DNA of 63,676 nt, filler included, from Octopus bimaculoides (Eukaryota): the NCBI RefSeq assembly GCF_001194135.2. It is 4 parts of 3 records of this genome, joined end to end, with 100 filler letters (N's around TTAATTAATTAA, not from the genome) between each part and the next. Parts side by side here need not be neighbours in the genome. Positions count along the whole stretch, not along the records: positions 1 to 26,607 come from NC_068985.1; 3 more parts are not named here. One strand, given 5' to 3'. The notes beneath the pieces were generated by a model, which was not told the origin of the DNA, did no database searches, and saw nothing but the letters and a program-made list of their open reading frames with translations. Below are positions 1 to 13,136 of this stretch, one piece after another; positions within the stretch are counted from its first letter, which is position 1; each line of letters starts with the position of its first letter. A program made the translations under genes and the position numbers.

Positions 1-35
1 ATATATATATATATATATATATATGCATATATATC

Positions 36-70
<35 letters not shown>
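1..70. repeat. (AT)n-(AC)n compound microsatellite
   Basis: Read directly. Dozens of similar tracts occur (e.g. 729-797, 16760-16817, 33340-33650, 58325-58389). Confidence 0.98.
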
Positions 71-76
<6 letters not shown>

Positions 77-109
77 TAATTTGTGATTCTTTAACAAGTA
101 TAGCATTAA

Positions 110-150
110 CAGTGACTTTGAAGTTTCGGCAAGCTAAGCCGTCATCGGAC
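110..150 (-). ncRNA. Inverted, damaged hammerhead copy (other arm of the palindrome)
   Basis: Reverse complement reads GT-CCGATGA-CGGCTTAGCTTGCC-GAAA-CTTCAAAG-TC-ACTG. U4C change in the core and weak stem I. Confidence 0.5.
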
Positions 151-191
151 AGTCTGATGATGGCTAGCTGGCTGAAACTTTGAAGTCACTG
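150..191 (+). ncRNA. Minimal type I hammerhead ribozyme motif
   Basis: Stem I CAGT/ACTG; CTGATGA (154-160); extra T; stem II GGCT-AGCT-GGCT (2 Watson-Crick + 2 G.U pairs); GAAA (174-177); near-palindromic CTTTGAAG; GUC ending at 187. Confidence 0.65.
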
Positions 192-725
192 CCAAATCTA
201 TTCTTGTTAAAGAATAATAGATTTGTACTCTATCAAATGTGTTGAGTAATCCTTCAGTTGAATGTAAAATTGCTTTTATCATAATATAAAAACAAACATC
301 TAGAAAAACATATGTACATATCCAAATGCATGATATATATATGTATATACACACACATATACATACATATGTGTGTGTGTGTATACATATATGTGTGTGT
401 ACAAATATATATATATACATACACACATGCATATATTCAAGATGCTAACCTTGTTTTTCTATTTATACTTATTTCCACATATTATTACTTTTACTTTTAG
501 CTAAACTCTCTTATGTTTTATATTTCTTTGTGTAATTCCTTTTAGTCTTTCTTTGATCTTACATACAAAGATAATGTACATTGAGGTAATATATAACCTT
601 GGAAACATGTCCTTATTCATATAGAGGCCTCTTAGCATTGCATATACATGCATGCATTTTTCTTAATTAGCTATATAGCAATTACTGCTTCATTTGTACA
701 CACACGTGCACACACACACACACAT

Positions 726-797
<72 letters not shown>

Positions 798-1137
798 CTA
801 CATTCTGTCTTATAAGAATAAAAACCCAATCTTTCTCTCCTTTTTTTACTGCATCCAAAATGTATTTTCTTTTCTGCAAAATACCAACCACATTCAATGC
901 TTCAAAGTTTGTTTATAAAATGTTATTGCATTCAAAAGTTATAATTAAAGTTCATGGTAATTGTTGTCGGGGAGTCATTTAGCTTAATGGTTAGAGCACT
1001 CAACTGGTATTTGAAGGGTGTGGGTTCAGTCTCATAGCCACCTTATGACTACTTTCTGTCTTATAAGGGTAAATACCCAATCTTTCTCTGATGTTCTTAC
1101 AGCTTTACTGCATTCAAAATTTCCTTTCTTGTCTGCA

Positions 1138-1170
<33 letters not shown>

Positions 1171-1713
1171 AATAAATACTAGATTTAAATATTATAAGTA
1201 ACATGTTCAGATAGTACTCTAATCATGATGTGTATAATTGTCCAGTTTTTCAGGCACAAAGAAAAAAATGAGAAATGGAAAGTTAGGAGAGAAGGGGCGA
1301 TAAGAGTTGTGTCCTTTGGTCAGTTAAAAGGAGGATACTGATAAATTAAAAATGTTTCATGAGATTAATATGATGAGGAAAGGCTCAAGTCTGTAAGACT
1401 TTATGCCTAATGTGGAGAGAGTAGTGTTCTTCAATTCAGCAGCAGAAACTTGTCAAGATGCTTGCATTTTGTGAGAATTTCTGATCTCAAATTCAGTGGG
1501 TCAGTGGAGTTCAAAGCTTTGAGAAGGATATGAGTTCATTCAATTGTACAAAGCCTACACCTCCTTGATTCATTAATGTCTAGCATAGATCACTGTGTGG
1601 TAGAGCATTTTATATATATGTCTATATGAGTGACCTGCTGAGTCCCTAGACTGCATTTTAGATAGCCATAACTGGAAAAGAATGAAACTGTTTATTGTAG
1701 AAATAACCAATCT

Positions 1714-1744
<31 letters not shown>

Positions 1745-2157
1745 GTATATATAATCCAAGAAAGTTAGGGGTTGTGAATCCAACCCACTAAAGGATAATA
1801 TCTATCCAATATACTGCCGGAAGGATACCCAATTATTATCACACTAGTGTTTTTACCAAGTATAATAAATGGGTGCAGGTAAAAGGATATTTTTCCCTTA
1901 ATTTATATAGCAATGATAAAATGGAGCGGAATATGTGGTATTCATTAACTTGCAGACATTGTACTATGTCAATTTACCTGTTTATTTTTTAACTAAGAGG
2001 ACAATAAAAACAATATACAAACACATGTGACATATTATGTCATATCAGTAATTAAAAAGGACATCTAGTGACCGAAGATGGGACAATGTCTTACAGCTGT
2101 TTCAGTCTTGTCATTGTCTTATGTATCTATAGCTTACCACTACGCCCTATGCCCACT

Positions 2158-2235
2158 GGCATAGGGCGTAGTGGTTAAGAGCGCGGGCTACTAATTCCAA
2201 GATTCCAAGATCAATTCCAGGCAGTGACCTGAATA

Positions 2236-2275
<40 letters not shown>

Positions 2276-2440
2276 TAACATTGAAAAATACCTTAGGAAT
2301 GAGAACCCAGGTTCGAAATTTCCCCAAGACACCTGATGAAGGCTGGAGGGTGTATCAGCCAAAACGTTGTGCTAACAACAAACAAGATGAGGACAAATAT
2401 CTGTCAAATGTAAATAATGTACATAATTCTGCATCTTTTA
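2158..2440 (+). mobile_element. Composite tRNA-derived SINE: tRNA-like head, (AAT)n linker, HHR-bearing tail
   Basis: Head GGCATAGGGCGTAGTGGTTAAGAGCGCGGGCTAC... has an A-box and a degenerate B-box; (AAT)n at about 2232-2280; tail contains the HHR motif. Confidence 0.65.
2329..2372 (+). ncRNA. Minimal hammerhead motif with G12A core mutation at the 3' part of a SINE-like repeat
   Basis: ACAC-CTGATGA-A-GGCTG[GAGGGTGTAT]CAGCC-AAAA-CG-TT-GTGC: stem I CAC/GTG, stem II 5 bp, AACGTT palindrome, GUU triplet. GAAA reads AAAA. Confidence 0.55.
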
Positions 2441-2520
2441 AATATAGAATTGTATATGATGCATGTATATATATATATGATATGATGTATTCATATGTAT
2501 AAATTATGATGTATGTATGC

Positions 2521-2554
<34 letters not shown>

Positions 2555-2777
2555 GGATGTATTTGTGTTTCATATGACATATGCATGCATTTATATATCA
2601 TGATTTATAAATTGTATACAATATGATGATATGTGTGTGTGTGTGTGTCTATGTATATGTATATATATCATCATATATCATTAAAAAATTGACTTTTATT
2701 TTTAAAGGAAAACTTATTCCCTATTTGCACACACAAATATATCATGATATATATTGTCTACGCATTGATCATTGATG

Positions 2778-2829
<52 letters not shown>

Positions 2830-2896
2830 NNNNNNNNNNNNNNNNNNNNNNNNNNNNNNNNNNNNNNNNNNNNNNNNNNNNNNNNNNNNNNNNNNN

Positions 2897-2934
<38 letters not shown>

Positions 2935-3608
2935 TTTTACATTTACTGCCAATCAGTGTATTACTTGTTATGGCATATCACTAGTCAGAATGTTACCTTC
3001 AGTTTCTAGCTGACTATGGCACTTGGCAATGTTGATGACTCTTTAGACATACTACCTGGAAGAACATAACCTCTTTTATGCTGCAGGTGTGTATATATAT
3101 ATATATATATGTGAAGAAGAGAATAATCCTTAAGTAATTCACATGATCTGAGTGCTTTCCCAAGCCCCAAAACAACAAAATATTCAGCTGTTGCCCACAT
3201 AAGCAGAAATTCATTTGGGCAATGTGACTGTATCCATTTTTGGACTTGAAAACAGTATACATGTACACACACATACAACAGATGTTTCAACCATGGCTAA
3301 TATGAACCCATGGGAAGTAACTCTTCTTTTTCCTCCAGGAAAATGTTATAATTTTTCACTGTTTCATTTCTATTCTTTTTACCAACTTCAAGCTACTCAG
3401 GGTTTATATATACCTCCTGCATAAAAGAGGCTATGTGCTTTTGGTCATGTCTGAAGAGTCTTCAATATTACCAAGTGTTATAGTTAGCATAAAACACACA
3501 GCAGCAGTCTCATCAGGTATATGCCATGGACAGTAATACACTGCTTGTTTATAAATGTTCTATATTATAAACAGCCTTGGTTTTTTTATCTCATTACGAA
3601 AAGTATAT

Positions 3609-3642
<34 letters not shown>

Positions 3643-4763
3643 AGGAGGGAATTGAAAAGACAATTCAAATAAATAAAGGGAATTATACATCTACCCAGCT
3701 TTTATTATTACAATCATTTATACAATATATTTTATTCAAAGCTCTGTCCAGCATATGTTTCTACTGCATGGATACCTTGCAATGTGGTTTTGATTAGCAT
3801 CCTCTTTTGTTCATCTGCATCAAGATTTCATTTGGGTTCAAAATATGTCCATGCAGCTTTATTCAAAGTGTTGCCACTATTAAAGTTTGAAACAAGCTAG
3901 AGTATAATGGTTTAAGCATTCTTACATTGTAGTAGGGTACTTAGTGTTGAGTGCAAAGAATAAGATAGGAAGTACTTAGAAATCTGATGTGGCTATAAAG
4001 TCCATTATCAGCTTGACTTCAGGATGACTCCAAGGTTGGAATTTCAAATCATGAATGTTGGATATTAAACTTCATCAGAATATATTTCATCCATTAGCCT
4101 TAAGTGAAATAAGTAGGAGAAAATTTCAGCGATAGATGGATATAATTAAGGGTCACTTTAGATCAAATATGCTGTATTAATAACTGTAATGTTAAAAACT
4201 GTGCAGATGTATAATTTTCCCTATTTATTTGAAATGTCTTTGATATACACTCAGTAAACCGAGTATAATCCAATAAAACAAACCCAGGATTTACCCATCA
4301 GATGAAATATTGGGATTGTTTACCTTAAATAGTCCTAGGTTTATTCCTAACCATTTGATGTGGTTAGCCATGACTTGGATTATACTACTGTGCTTGAATG
4401 GTTCCTGTTTGAAGGTATTATATATATATATATAATTTCATTACAATAAACCTTATGGGCAACATGTAAGTTCATATATCAACAAAAATTATAATGCATC
4501 AATGCTTGCCATCATAAATTTCCAGTATGATGATGTACACTACATTGCAGTGGAAAAAAATATCAGTATGAAGGAAAACATTGGGATGTAATGATATATT
4601 ATATACTATAATATATATGTTTATCATTATCATTATTATTATTATGAAAATAATAATAAAATGTGCATATTGTAGAGCATGTGTTTTTCTAAATCACTGA
4701 TTTTTTTATGCAATGCATTTTGCATCAGATTCCTTGTCAAGTAGATACAAGTCTGTTTGTGTA

Positions 4764-4796
<33 letters not shown>

Positions 4797-5176
4797 NNNN
4801 NNNNNNNNNNNNNNNNNNNNNNNNNNNNNNNNNNNNNNNNNNNNNNNNNNNNNNNNNNNNNNNNNNNNNNNNNNNNNNNNNNNNNNNNNNNNNNNNATTT
4901 ATATATATACATATATATGCATATATATATAATATACATATGTGTGTGTGTGTGTATTTATGTATATATATATTACATCTATTACATTCATATTTATGTA
5001 TTGCATAAATATATGTGTGGGTGTATGTATCTGTATATACACACACACAAATACACAATCATTACTATTATCATCATCATTTAACATCTACTTCTCCCTG
5101 CTGGTATAGTTGAAACATATTTCTCTTTATTTCATTCACATAACTCATGTTTTCATGTGCTCTTCAAATCATCAGG

Positions 5177-5208
<32 letters not shown>

Positions 5209-5914
5209 GCTTTTAGATCGTGCTGTGCACACCTATTTCCTTCATTTCTTCTCCCTATTTCATATTTTCTACACTTTTTCAGATTTATCCCATTATAATG
5301 TTCATCACACACTGCTTTTCAGTACCTTTCTGTATCTCATTGAATGTGCTCACTTAATTCCAGTGTTTCACAGTTTACTTCTCTTCCAATTATTTACACA
5401 AATCCATTCACGATGCCTGTTCATCCAGCCTGCAGTATGTATCATACAATTGCATTATATGTCCATACTAGTATAGTCATCTCATTTGCATACATATTAT
5501 TACTTGCTCAACCTTCTTGTGATACACTTTTAGTAAGATCATGCTAGTTTCTTTTTAGGGCAGCTTGTCTACCACTAGCCCTCATCTAGCAACTAACTCT
5601 TACCTGTGGCTTCATGAATTGTCTGCATACAGCAGTGTGCCACTTTCTGAATGATGGCATTGGAACCTGGCTAAGTTAGTCAACATGAGGGTAGTCAACA
5701 TGTTTTGATCACTCAGTGAAACTCTTTATGTGCTTGTCACTCTACACATGTGAAAACTAGATTTCTGGTGCAGAGGGAATCCAACCATGAGTGGTTAAAT
5801 TGTAATTGGTAGAAAGACAATATCAAGCAACATCATAGTGAGATGTACACCTTAAACTAAGCTGAGATATGTTGTTCATTCAAGTTATCTTTTGTATATT
5901 TCTAATCATTTTAA

Positions 5915-6126
5915 CACTTAGCATTTAAACTGGCCACATCCAGCCCAAATATGCCTACTGTTTTATGTTCAAACTTGCCAGATCTCACACCTCCTCTACA
6001 ATGTAATTCTAAATATAGACAATAATATTATCAAAATCTGTAATCTATGAGATGATACATGATTACTTCAGAATAATATGAATAAATAAGCTTTTCATTA
6101 CTCTGGGTAATTTGAACTGTTACGGG
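5915..6126. mobile_element. Same piggyBac-like MITE family, older copy
   Basis: TTAA|CACTTAGCATTTAAACTGGCC ... TTACGGG|TTAA; internal similarity to 60701-60905. Confidence 0.65.
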
Positions 6127-6869
6127 TTAATCTACCTTGCCACTCCAAGAAATCAAGGACTAAAGAGAAGCTGGTCATCTGATGCAGGTCCCTCTCACAA
6201 TAATCCAAGTTCAGTCCAATAGAAAGTGAAATTCTTTTAAAACAAAATAATAGTATACTTGTATGATATTGGTTTGCTCCTCTGAAGGCCAGATTAGCTT
6301 GTAGGTTTACTGTCTTGCATCTTTATCAGAGACAGTAATGATGATGATATTAAGTAACAAACCAGTGGCTCTTTGGCTAACATGCTGGCAGCAAAGCAGA
6401 CTATGATAATATTTTTATCTACCAATATTCTGAAGAAAATTAGTAGTTTTATTTATTCTTGTTACGTATTTAGGATCCTCAAAATTGAAATACATCGTAA
6501 TTATTATGAAGGGCACCCAACCATAAAAACCTCTGCCAACTATAATAGTTATCTATAATGTTCTAATATCTGTACATTGACAACTGTGGTTAGATATATG
6601 ATGATGATGAGGATGATGATGATTGATTTACACACTCATATGCACATTCACACATATCCACACTCTTCCTATTTACATATATACAAACATGCACACAGAC
6701 TATAAGATGCTATTGGAACAGGTAACTACTCATAAAACATTCACTCCAATTATATCAGTTTTAGGTCACATACTGGTCTGTACTTTTACCATAAATCTGT
6801 ACAGTTGCTATGGTAATAACACTGATTGTTGGTAATGACATGTCTACTAAAGTCTCTAAGTAAAAATCT

Positions 6870-6907
<38 letters not shown>

Positions 6908-7710
6908 TATTATTGATATAAAAAGTTTTTTAATTAATATTTTCTTTATTGATAACAACTGATTTCTATTTGTACTTCTTTCACATATATTTTTTTTTAG
7001 AATGATTGAATATTGATTAAAATAATATCATTATGAGAGGGGCTAATTTAACTACATGATATTAATTAATACGAAATTGTAGTATGATGTCCAATATTTG
7101 AAACAATAAAAGACACATTAGTGATGGGAGGGATGGGTAACAGGAAACATTTCTTTATTCATTTGAACCACTCAAAAATGATGCTGTGTTATTTAAAAAT
7201 ATAATTTTTACAGAAATTTCATATGTAATTGAGTTAAAATTTTTATACTTTTGTAAGTAAAGAAAACAGAAACAAAAACCAAAACAATAAAATCTTAAAA
7301 GAATAATAATAAAAAATTCTTGATAAACATCTACTCATTGATTCCTTACTTATTTATAGTCATTTTTTGTATTTGTCCTGGTTTCTAGAACTATCTTTAG
7401 TCATTGATAGGATGTAAGATTAAATAACAGACATCTTTGAGTCCTCTGTAATTCTTTAAACAATATCTGTTCATGTTACAATGAAAGTGTGATCAGTCTT
7501 ATAGAAAATTTAGGAGAATTGCATGGCATGTTATTTTGCATCTTCCTGCATGTTACTATTTGTGATATATGCTAATATTGTGCCATTTTCGTGAAATGAA
7601 TTTGTCATTTGGAAAATCAGCAAGCTGATTGGTCATTATTGTAGTTTGTGTTTCATTTTGTTTTTCTCTAGTGATCTGTAACCTTTTTATCTTTTATAAA
7701 TATAAGAGCA

Positions 7711-7757
<47 letters not shown>

Positions 7758-9429
7758 GCTATCATTGGAAAGTCAAATTATTGTAAAAAATATTTATAAA
7801 ATTAGTAATTTATTCAGTTGAAATAGAAGAAATATAATTGGAATTTGATTCTATGTATGAAATGGTCATTTTTAGTAATTTCTTTTTTCATTATTTGAAT
7901 AATTGTTAGCAGTAACTTTAAATGATTTAGTTATTTTATTATAATTTATGCTAAAGATTGCTATGCAAATTTTTGAAAGTGATCATTAATATGTGTGAAC
8001 AATCAATGTTTTAGCTTTGTTAGATATTAAAACTTGAAAGTTTGTTCATTCTCATTTAGTATTACAAGTCTTGTTTGTTTGAATTTAACAGACTCAGATA
8101 TTGTGTCTGTTGAACTTAAAACTTTTAAAAGTGGTCTTCTGGTTTAGGCTTTATATTTTTTTGTGGGAAATTGGTATATTAGTAAATATTATTAATTATT
8201 TTTTGCAATATGTCAACTTCAACAACTTTGGAATATGAAGATATAATTTTAGTGTTTATCATGTTCATATGTGAAATTTTGAAATTAATTTGTCTTTGAT
8301 TCTCTGTAAGCATGTCTGTGTAAACAGATTACTTTTAGTTCATTTATATGTTAGATGTTTTATTTACTCATAAGTGAAAGTATGTCTTCATAGTTAGCTT
8401 TGCCTTTCAATCTTCCACAATTGGTAAGTGCCAATTGTATATTTGGAATCAATTCAATAAGCTGTGTTTCTTTGTTAAAAAGAATAGAAGCTGGGGACTG
8501 GAAGAGGTCCAGATTTCTGGATTTTCTAGAGACAGTCTAAATATATATACTTAAAATATAAAATAAACTATGAAAAGTAAAAAGATAAATTGTATTTAAA
8601 TTAATTCAAATTAATACACCTCTAAAGCAGGCTTTATTTTATATTTATTAATTCACTAAATATTCTTAAAATATATCATACTATACCATATGCTCGATAT
8701 AACATTTACAAGATGAAAACTAAATGAAGAATATAAAGAACATTTTATTTTTAACAAACCACTTGAAAAAAGTAAAGAACAAAACTATTTTTAGCACGCC
8801 ATATGCAAATTAACCAACTTCAAAAACAGAATCTTTTTACTGCTATTCCACAGTACTCCTGAATTTCTGGAAGCTGGGTAAGACTTCCATTACTGTATTG
8901 GTTTACCAAGTCCATGTTTGAGACTTATTACAATATCAAGTCAGCTGAGTATTCCTGCTCAAATTTATCAACTTAAGGGATGAAAGGCAAAATTGAGCTG
9001 AAACGTAATTTCAAAGTCAGTTTTGGGTTTCAAACGTTCTCTCTCTCTCTATGAGACACACTCACTTGCTTTTATCTACTCTTCAATTCTTTCATGAAAT
9101 TCTGTTAACCATTTCTCCTTTCCTTCTGCTAAAGAATGTAAGAATTATATTGAGAATGATACTACACATAAAAATTTCTTTTAATGTCTTATAGCTTGTG
9201 GTTGATAAAGTTACTGCTTGTTGTGTGTTTCATTAAATTAGAATTATTACTATGTGCTCATTAAATATATCTTCATGTAAATTTATATACTTTATAGTTT
9301 CTACACATACACACGCGCACACATATACACATGCACATATACACACACACACACATATCCAGGCGTATATAATATACATGTATGTGTATATGTATATATG
9401 TTAATTGTGGGTAGTGGGTAGCGATTTTC

Positions 9430-9840
9430 TTCACTACTTCAGGGAGTGACAACCCTGCTTGACACGAGTCCCAGGATCAGCTGGCTCCGGCTGACAGTAC
9501 CCAGTATGGGCCCCTGTCCAGGGTTACGGAAAGGAGACAACCTCAAAGAAATCTGGTGTGGAGCCCCATAGGCGGTTTAGTGTTCAACTCGACACTCTTC
9601 CTGCAGCTCCTGCAACCAAGCTGGTGCCAAACATAATGCTCTGCACTCCTTTGGACTATGCCAGCAAGGTCGAGAGAGGAATCCTGACTATTGGGCTCCC
9701 CAGGATTTTCTTACATCTAGCCCAGGCCTGCGCAAAACTGGAGAGGAAACTGGAGAGGACATGAAATGTAAAAACCAGACTAGATTAGCTGATGCGCAAC
9801 TCCATTGTCTCCCGAGACAAAAGGATGCCAACAATATATA
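9430..9840 (+). mobile_element. Probable LINE 5' UTR fragment (RTE-like)
   Basis: GC-rich island in an AT-rich intron, resembling RTE 5' ends from memory. No clear ORF. Confidence 0.4.
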
Positions 9841-10686
9841 TTAATCAAAGTGTACAGTATTGTAAATCCATTACAGCTGATCTGAGCAGCCAGTTTCACA
9901 CAGAACTAAAACTAGATGTTCACTAACAACACAATTAAGTGATNNNNNNNNNNNNNNNNNNNNNNNNNNNNNNNNNNNNNNNNNNNNNNNNNNNNNNNNN
10001 NNNNNNNNNNNNNNNNNNNNNNNNNNNNNNNNNNNNNNNNNNNNNNNNNNNNNNNNNNNNNNNNNNNNNNNNNNNNNNNNNNNNNNNNNNNNNNNNNNNN
10101 NNNNNNNNNNNNNNNNNNNNNNNNNNNNNNNNNNNNNNNNNNNNNNNNNNNNNNNNNNNNNNNNNNNNNNNNNNNNNNNNNNNNNNNNNNNNNNNNNNNN
10201 NNNNNNNNNNNNNNNNNNNNNNNNNNNNNNNNNNNNNNNNNNNNNNNNNNNNNNNNNNNNNNNNNNNNNNNNNNNNNNNNNNNNNNNNNNNNNNNNNNNN
10301 NNNNNNNNNNNNNNNNNNNNNNNNNNNNNNNNNNNNNNNNNNNNNNNNNNNNNNNNNNNNNNNNNNNNNNNNNNNNNNNNNNNNNNNNNNNNNNNNNNNN
10401 NNNNNNNNNNNNNNNNNNNNNNNNNNNNNNNNNNNNNNNNNNNNNNNNNNNNNNNNNNNNNNNNNNNNNNNNNNNNNNNNNNNNNNNNNNNNNNNNNNNN
10501 NNNNNNNNNNNNNNNNNNNNNNNNNNNNNNNNNNNNNNNNNNNNNNNNNNNNNNNNNNNNNNNNNNNNNNNNNNNNNNNNNNNNNNNNNNNNNNNNNNNN
10601 NNNNNNNNNNNNNNNNNNNNNNNNNNNNNNNNNNNNNNNNNNNNNNNNNNNNNNNNNNNNNNNNNNNNNNNNNNNNNNNNNNNNNN

Positions 10687-10727
<41 letters not shown>

Positions 10728-10811
10728 TGAGTTTGTATTTATACATTTACATATTTTATATATTTTGCTAACCATTTTTATTTATCTTTATATTATTATC
10801 CTGGTGACCAG

Positions 10812-10962
10812 CTTGTCAAAGAAGGTACTGTTAGTTTCGATGCTGTAAGTCTCCTTCTGAAACTTGCAGAAAAAGGACGTCTGTTAGTAGAGAAATATTT
10901 AAATTTAACTAAACCCCTCTACTTTGATTTCACTCATTTGGTCTGTCGTACAGCTGTAGATG
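10812..10962 (+). CDS. P3H1: Prolyl 3-hydroxylase (leprecan family), internal exon A
   Basis: CAG acceptor at 10809-10811, GTAAGT donor at 10963. Translation LVKEGTVSFDAVSLLLKLAEKGRLLVEKYLNLTKPLYFDFTHLVCRTAVD resembles the recalled vertebrate P3H1 segment ...ESYFRLDTPLYFSYSHLVCRTA. 151 nt, phase 0 to phase 1. The symbol is family-level; the paralog is not resolved. Confidence 0.93.
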
Positions 10963-11318
10963 GTAAGTTGCATTGATTTCAAGTTGAATTAAAATGATAT
11001 TTTGTTATTCATTATGATTGCAGTCTTTATTGCTCCTAATAAGATGTTCAACCCTATGAACACTAACAATATTTAGGCCAGTTATCTCTAACAGTCTGTG
11101 GTGGATAATCCTGCGCTAGTTTGAGGACTGAATTTGGAATTGGTTATTGGAGCAGCAGACCTAACAGTCAACAGTTCAAATAGTTCTAGTTCCTTATGAA
11201 GTGGGAGCACTAAACAGTGATATGTATAAATGCAATGTTATTACCGGTTCAAATATGCTTGTCGGTCAAAAAAGTCCGCAACAGCAGATATGACATCTAG
11301 TTCAATCCCCAACTTAGA

Positions 11319-11730
11319 TACTCTTTTACTCTTTTTTTTTTACTTGCTTCAGTCATTTGACTGCGACTATGCTGGAGCACCGCCTTTAGTCAAGCAAGTG
11401 ACCTCGGGACTTATTCTTTGTAAGCCTAGTACTTATTCTATCGGTCTCTTTTGCCGAACCGCTAAGTGACAGGGACATAAACACACCAGCATCGGTTGTC
11501 AAGCAATGCTAGGGGGACAAACACAGACACACAAACACACACACATATATATATCTATACATATATACGATGGGCTTCTTTCAGTTTCCGTCTACCAAAT
11601 CCACTCACAAGGCTTTGGTCGGCTCGAGGCTATATTAGAAGACACTTGCCCAAGATGCCATGCAGTGGGACTGAACCCAGAACCATGTGGTTGGTAAGCA
11701 AGCTACTTACCACGCAGCCACTCCTGCGCC
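11319..11730 (-). mobile_element. tRNA-derived SINE family A (CORE-like), P3H intron copy
   Basis: Head GGCGCAGGAGTGGCTG.GTGGTAAG...GGTTCAGTCCC, ..TTGGGCAAGTGTCTTCT core, internal (TG)n, TAAAAGAG-type tail. More than 10 copies in the window. Confidence 0.9.
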
Positions 11731-11799
11731 TAATTAAACTAATGTATTACCTGTAAACAAATGGCGATTGCTAAATGTAATGTTAAGTCAGCAACTAAA

Positions 11800-12227
11800 T
11801 TGTTGGATATTTGACATGATGAAAATAGACAATATCAGAAAAGGGACTGTCAAAAGGATCAAAAAGGTGAATGACTATTATTTTGTGGGTGATAGAACTT
11901 GCTGGCTATGAGATACATGAAGGCTTTGAACTGGTAGATCACCTACTTTATTCTCGTGATTTGACCCCTATCTGACTATCATCTGTTCCCCAATGTGAAA
12001 AAATATTTGGCTGGGAACCAGTGTCACAATGATGATGACATCGTATCTGCTGTTGACTTTTTTAACCAACAAGATGAAAGCTTCTACACTTATGGGATCT
12101 GAACACTACAACACTGATGGAAGAAGTGTGTGGATTTCAAGAGGGACTATGCTGAAAAATAAAACTCATTTAATCGCATTTCATGAGAGTATCTTGATCG
12201 GCCTATGAACTTTTCAGCTCACTCTCA
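11800..12227 (+). mobile_element. 3' fragment of a mariner element in a P3H intron
   Basis: Degenerate ...YSRDLTP/SDYHLFPNVKKYLAG...WKKCVDFKRDYAEK* followed by TIR-like GAACTTTTCAGCTCACTCTCA-TA. Confidence 0.8.
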
Positions 12228-12866
12228 TATTCCAGATGATGATGCTGCATAGTTTGTAGTGGTGGGTAAAAGCTGTGCACTTTGTGTGAATGAGCAATTT
12301 TTTTCCCCTGGCATTGTAGGCCATGTTCTTTGCCTGATCTACTGCAGAGCAGCTGTGAGTGAAATTTGCAGAGATTTGGTATTATAAATTTTAGTTGTGT
12401 GTGAAAAGTTGAGGGATATGTCTAATAGGGAGACTTCAGTCAGCTACTTAGTCACGTATGAAGCACATGTTCTGCTAAGAATAGGGAGTATTGTCTACCA
12501 GAACTCTCACTAGTCAGCTGTCTTGAAGTACCTTAGTGTCTAAAAAGTGTGTGTGTATGATGACAGGGCTTTGCATAGAATGTAGATATCTGGAGGGTAG
12601 TTGAAATAAGGCAGTGCTACAGTGACCTAATAGGTACGGAGATAGTGATGCTTTGGTAGAAACTGGATTTGGAGGTGATGAAGATATGGAGTGTTTGTAT
12701 ATTGGTTTGGAATGTGTTGAAGATGAACCTAATTATTGATAGAATATCAAACCAAGTACCTATATATATGCAGCATACTTGTTCAATTTATGTCAGCAGT
12801 GAAAAACATACAACGTTGATGTTGATGACAATAAGTAATTTTTAAACTTTTACCTTTTGTCCTCAG

Positions 12867-12981
12867 AAGATGAATTAGACCGGAATGATTTATCTCATCC
12901 AATTCATGCAGACAACTGCCTTCTTCAGCCTGATGGTACTTGTTTAAAAGAAGTACCAGCCTATATACAAAGAGATTACAG
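12867..12981 (+). CDS. P3H1: Prolyl 3-hydroxylase exon B, carrying the HxD iron-binding motif
   Basis: Pyrimidine tract + CAG acceptor, GTAATG donor at 12982. (E)DELDRNDLSHPIHADNCLLQPDGTCLKEVPAYIQRDY(S) matches SHPVHVDNC...KEPPAYTFRDYS. 115 nt; phase 1 to 2 joins exons A and C in frame. Confidence 0.96.
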
Positions 12982-13136
12982 GTAATGTTCTTCCCTCGGG
13001 TTCCATCTTTTGTTGCTTTGTTTTTATTTTTAATTAGTGAATGAACAGCTAAGGTGTTGATTTTAAAAATTTTATTGACACATGATCATATTAAATCGTG
13101 ATTAAAGTATTGCAATGCATCTTTGGCTAAAAGCAT

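Noticed and set aside
4020-4085. Minus-strand CTGATGA...GAAA...GTC
   Set aside because: Stem III can form, but stems I and II do not pair; consistent with chance.
142-5087. Many listed ORFs such as YIYIYI, HTHTHT, ERERER and LLLLL (here and throughout)
   Set aside because: They are translations of microsatellites, with no protein signal.
8854-8877. Possible 24-nt microexon (CAG...GG|GTAAGA) upstream of P3H exon A
   Set aside because: To join exon A at phase 0 it would read TAC TCC TGA (stop), and there is no P3H similarity.
9871-10775. Long ORFs of 250-500 aa (also at 28 kb and 59-63 kb)
   Set aside because: They are open only because N gaps contain no stop codons.
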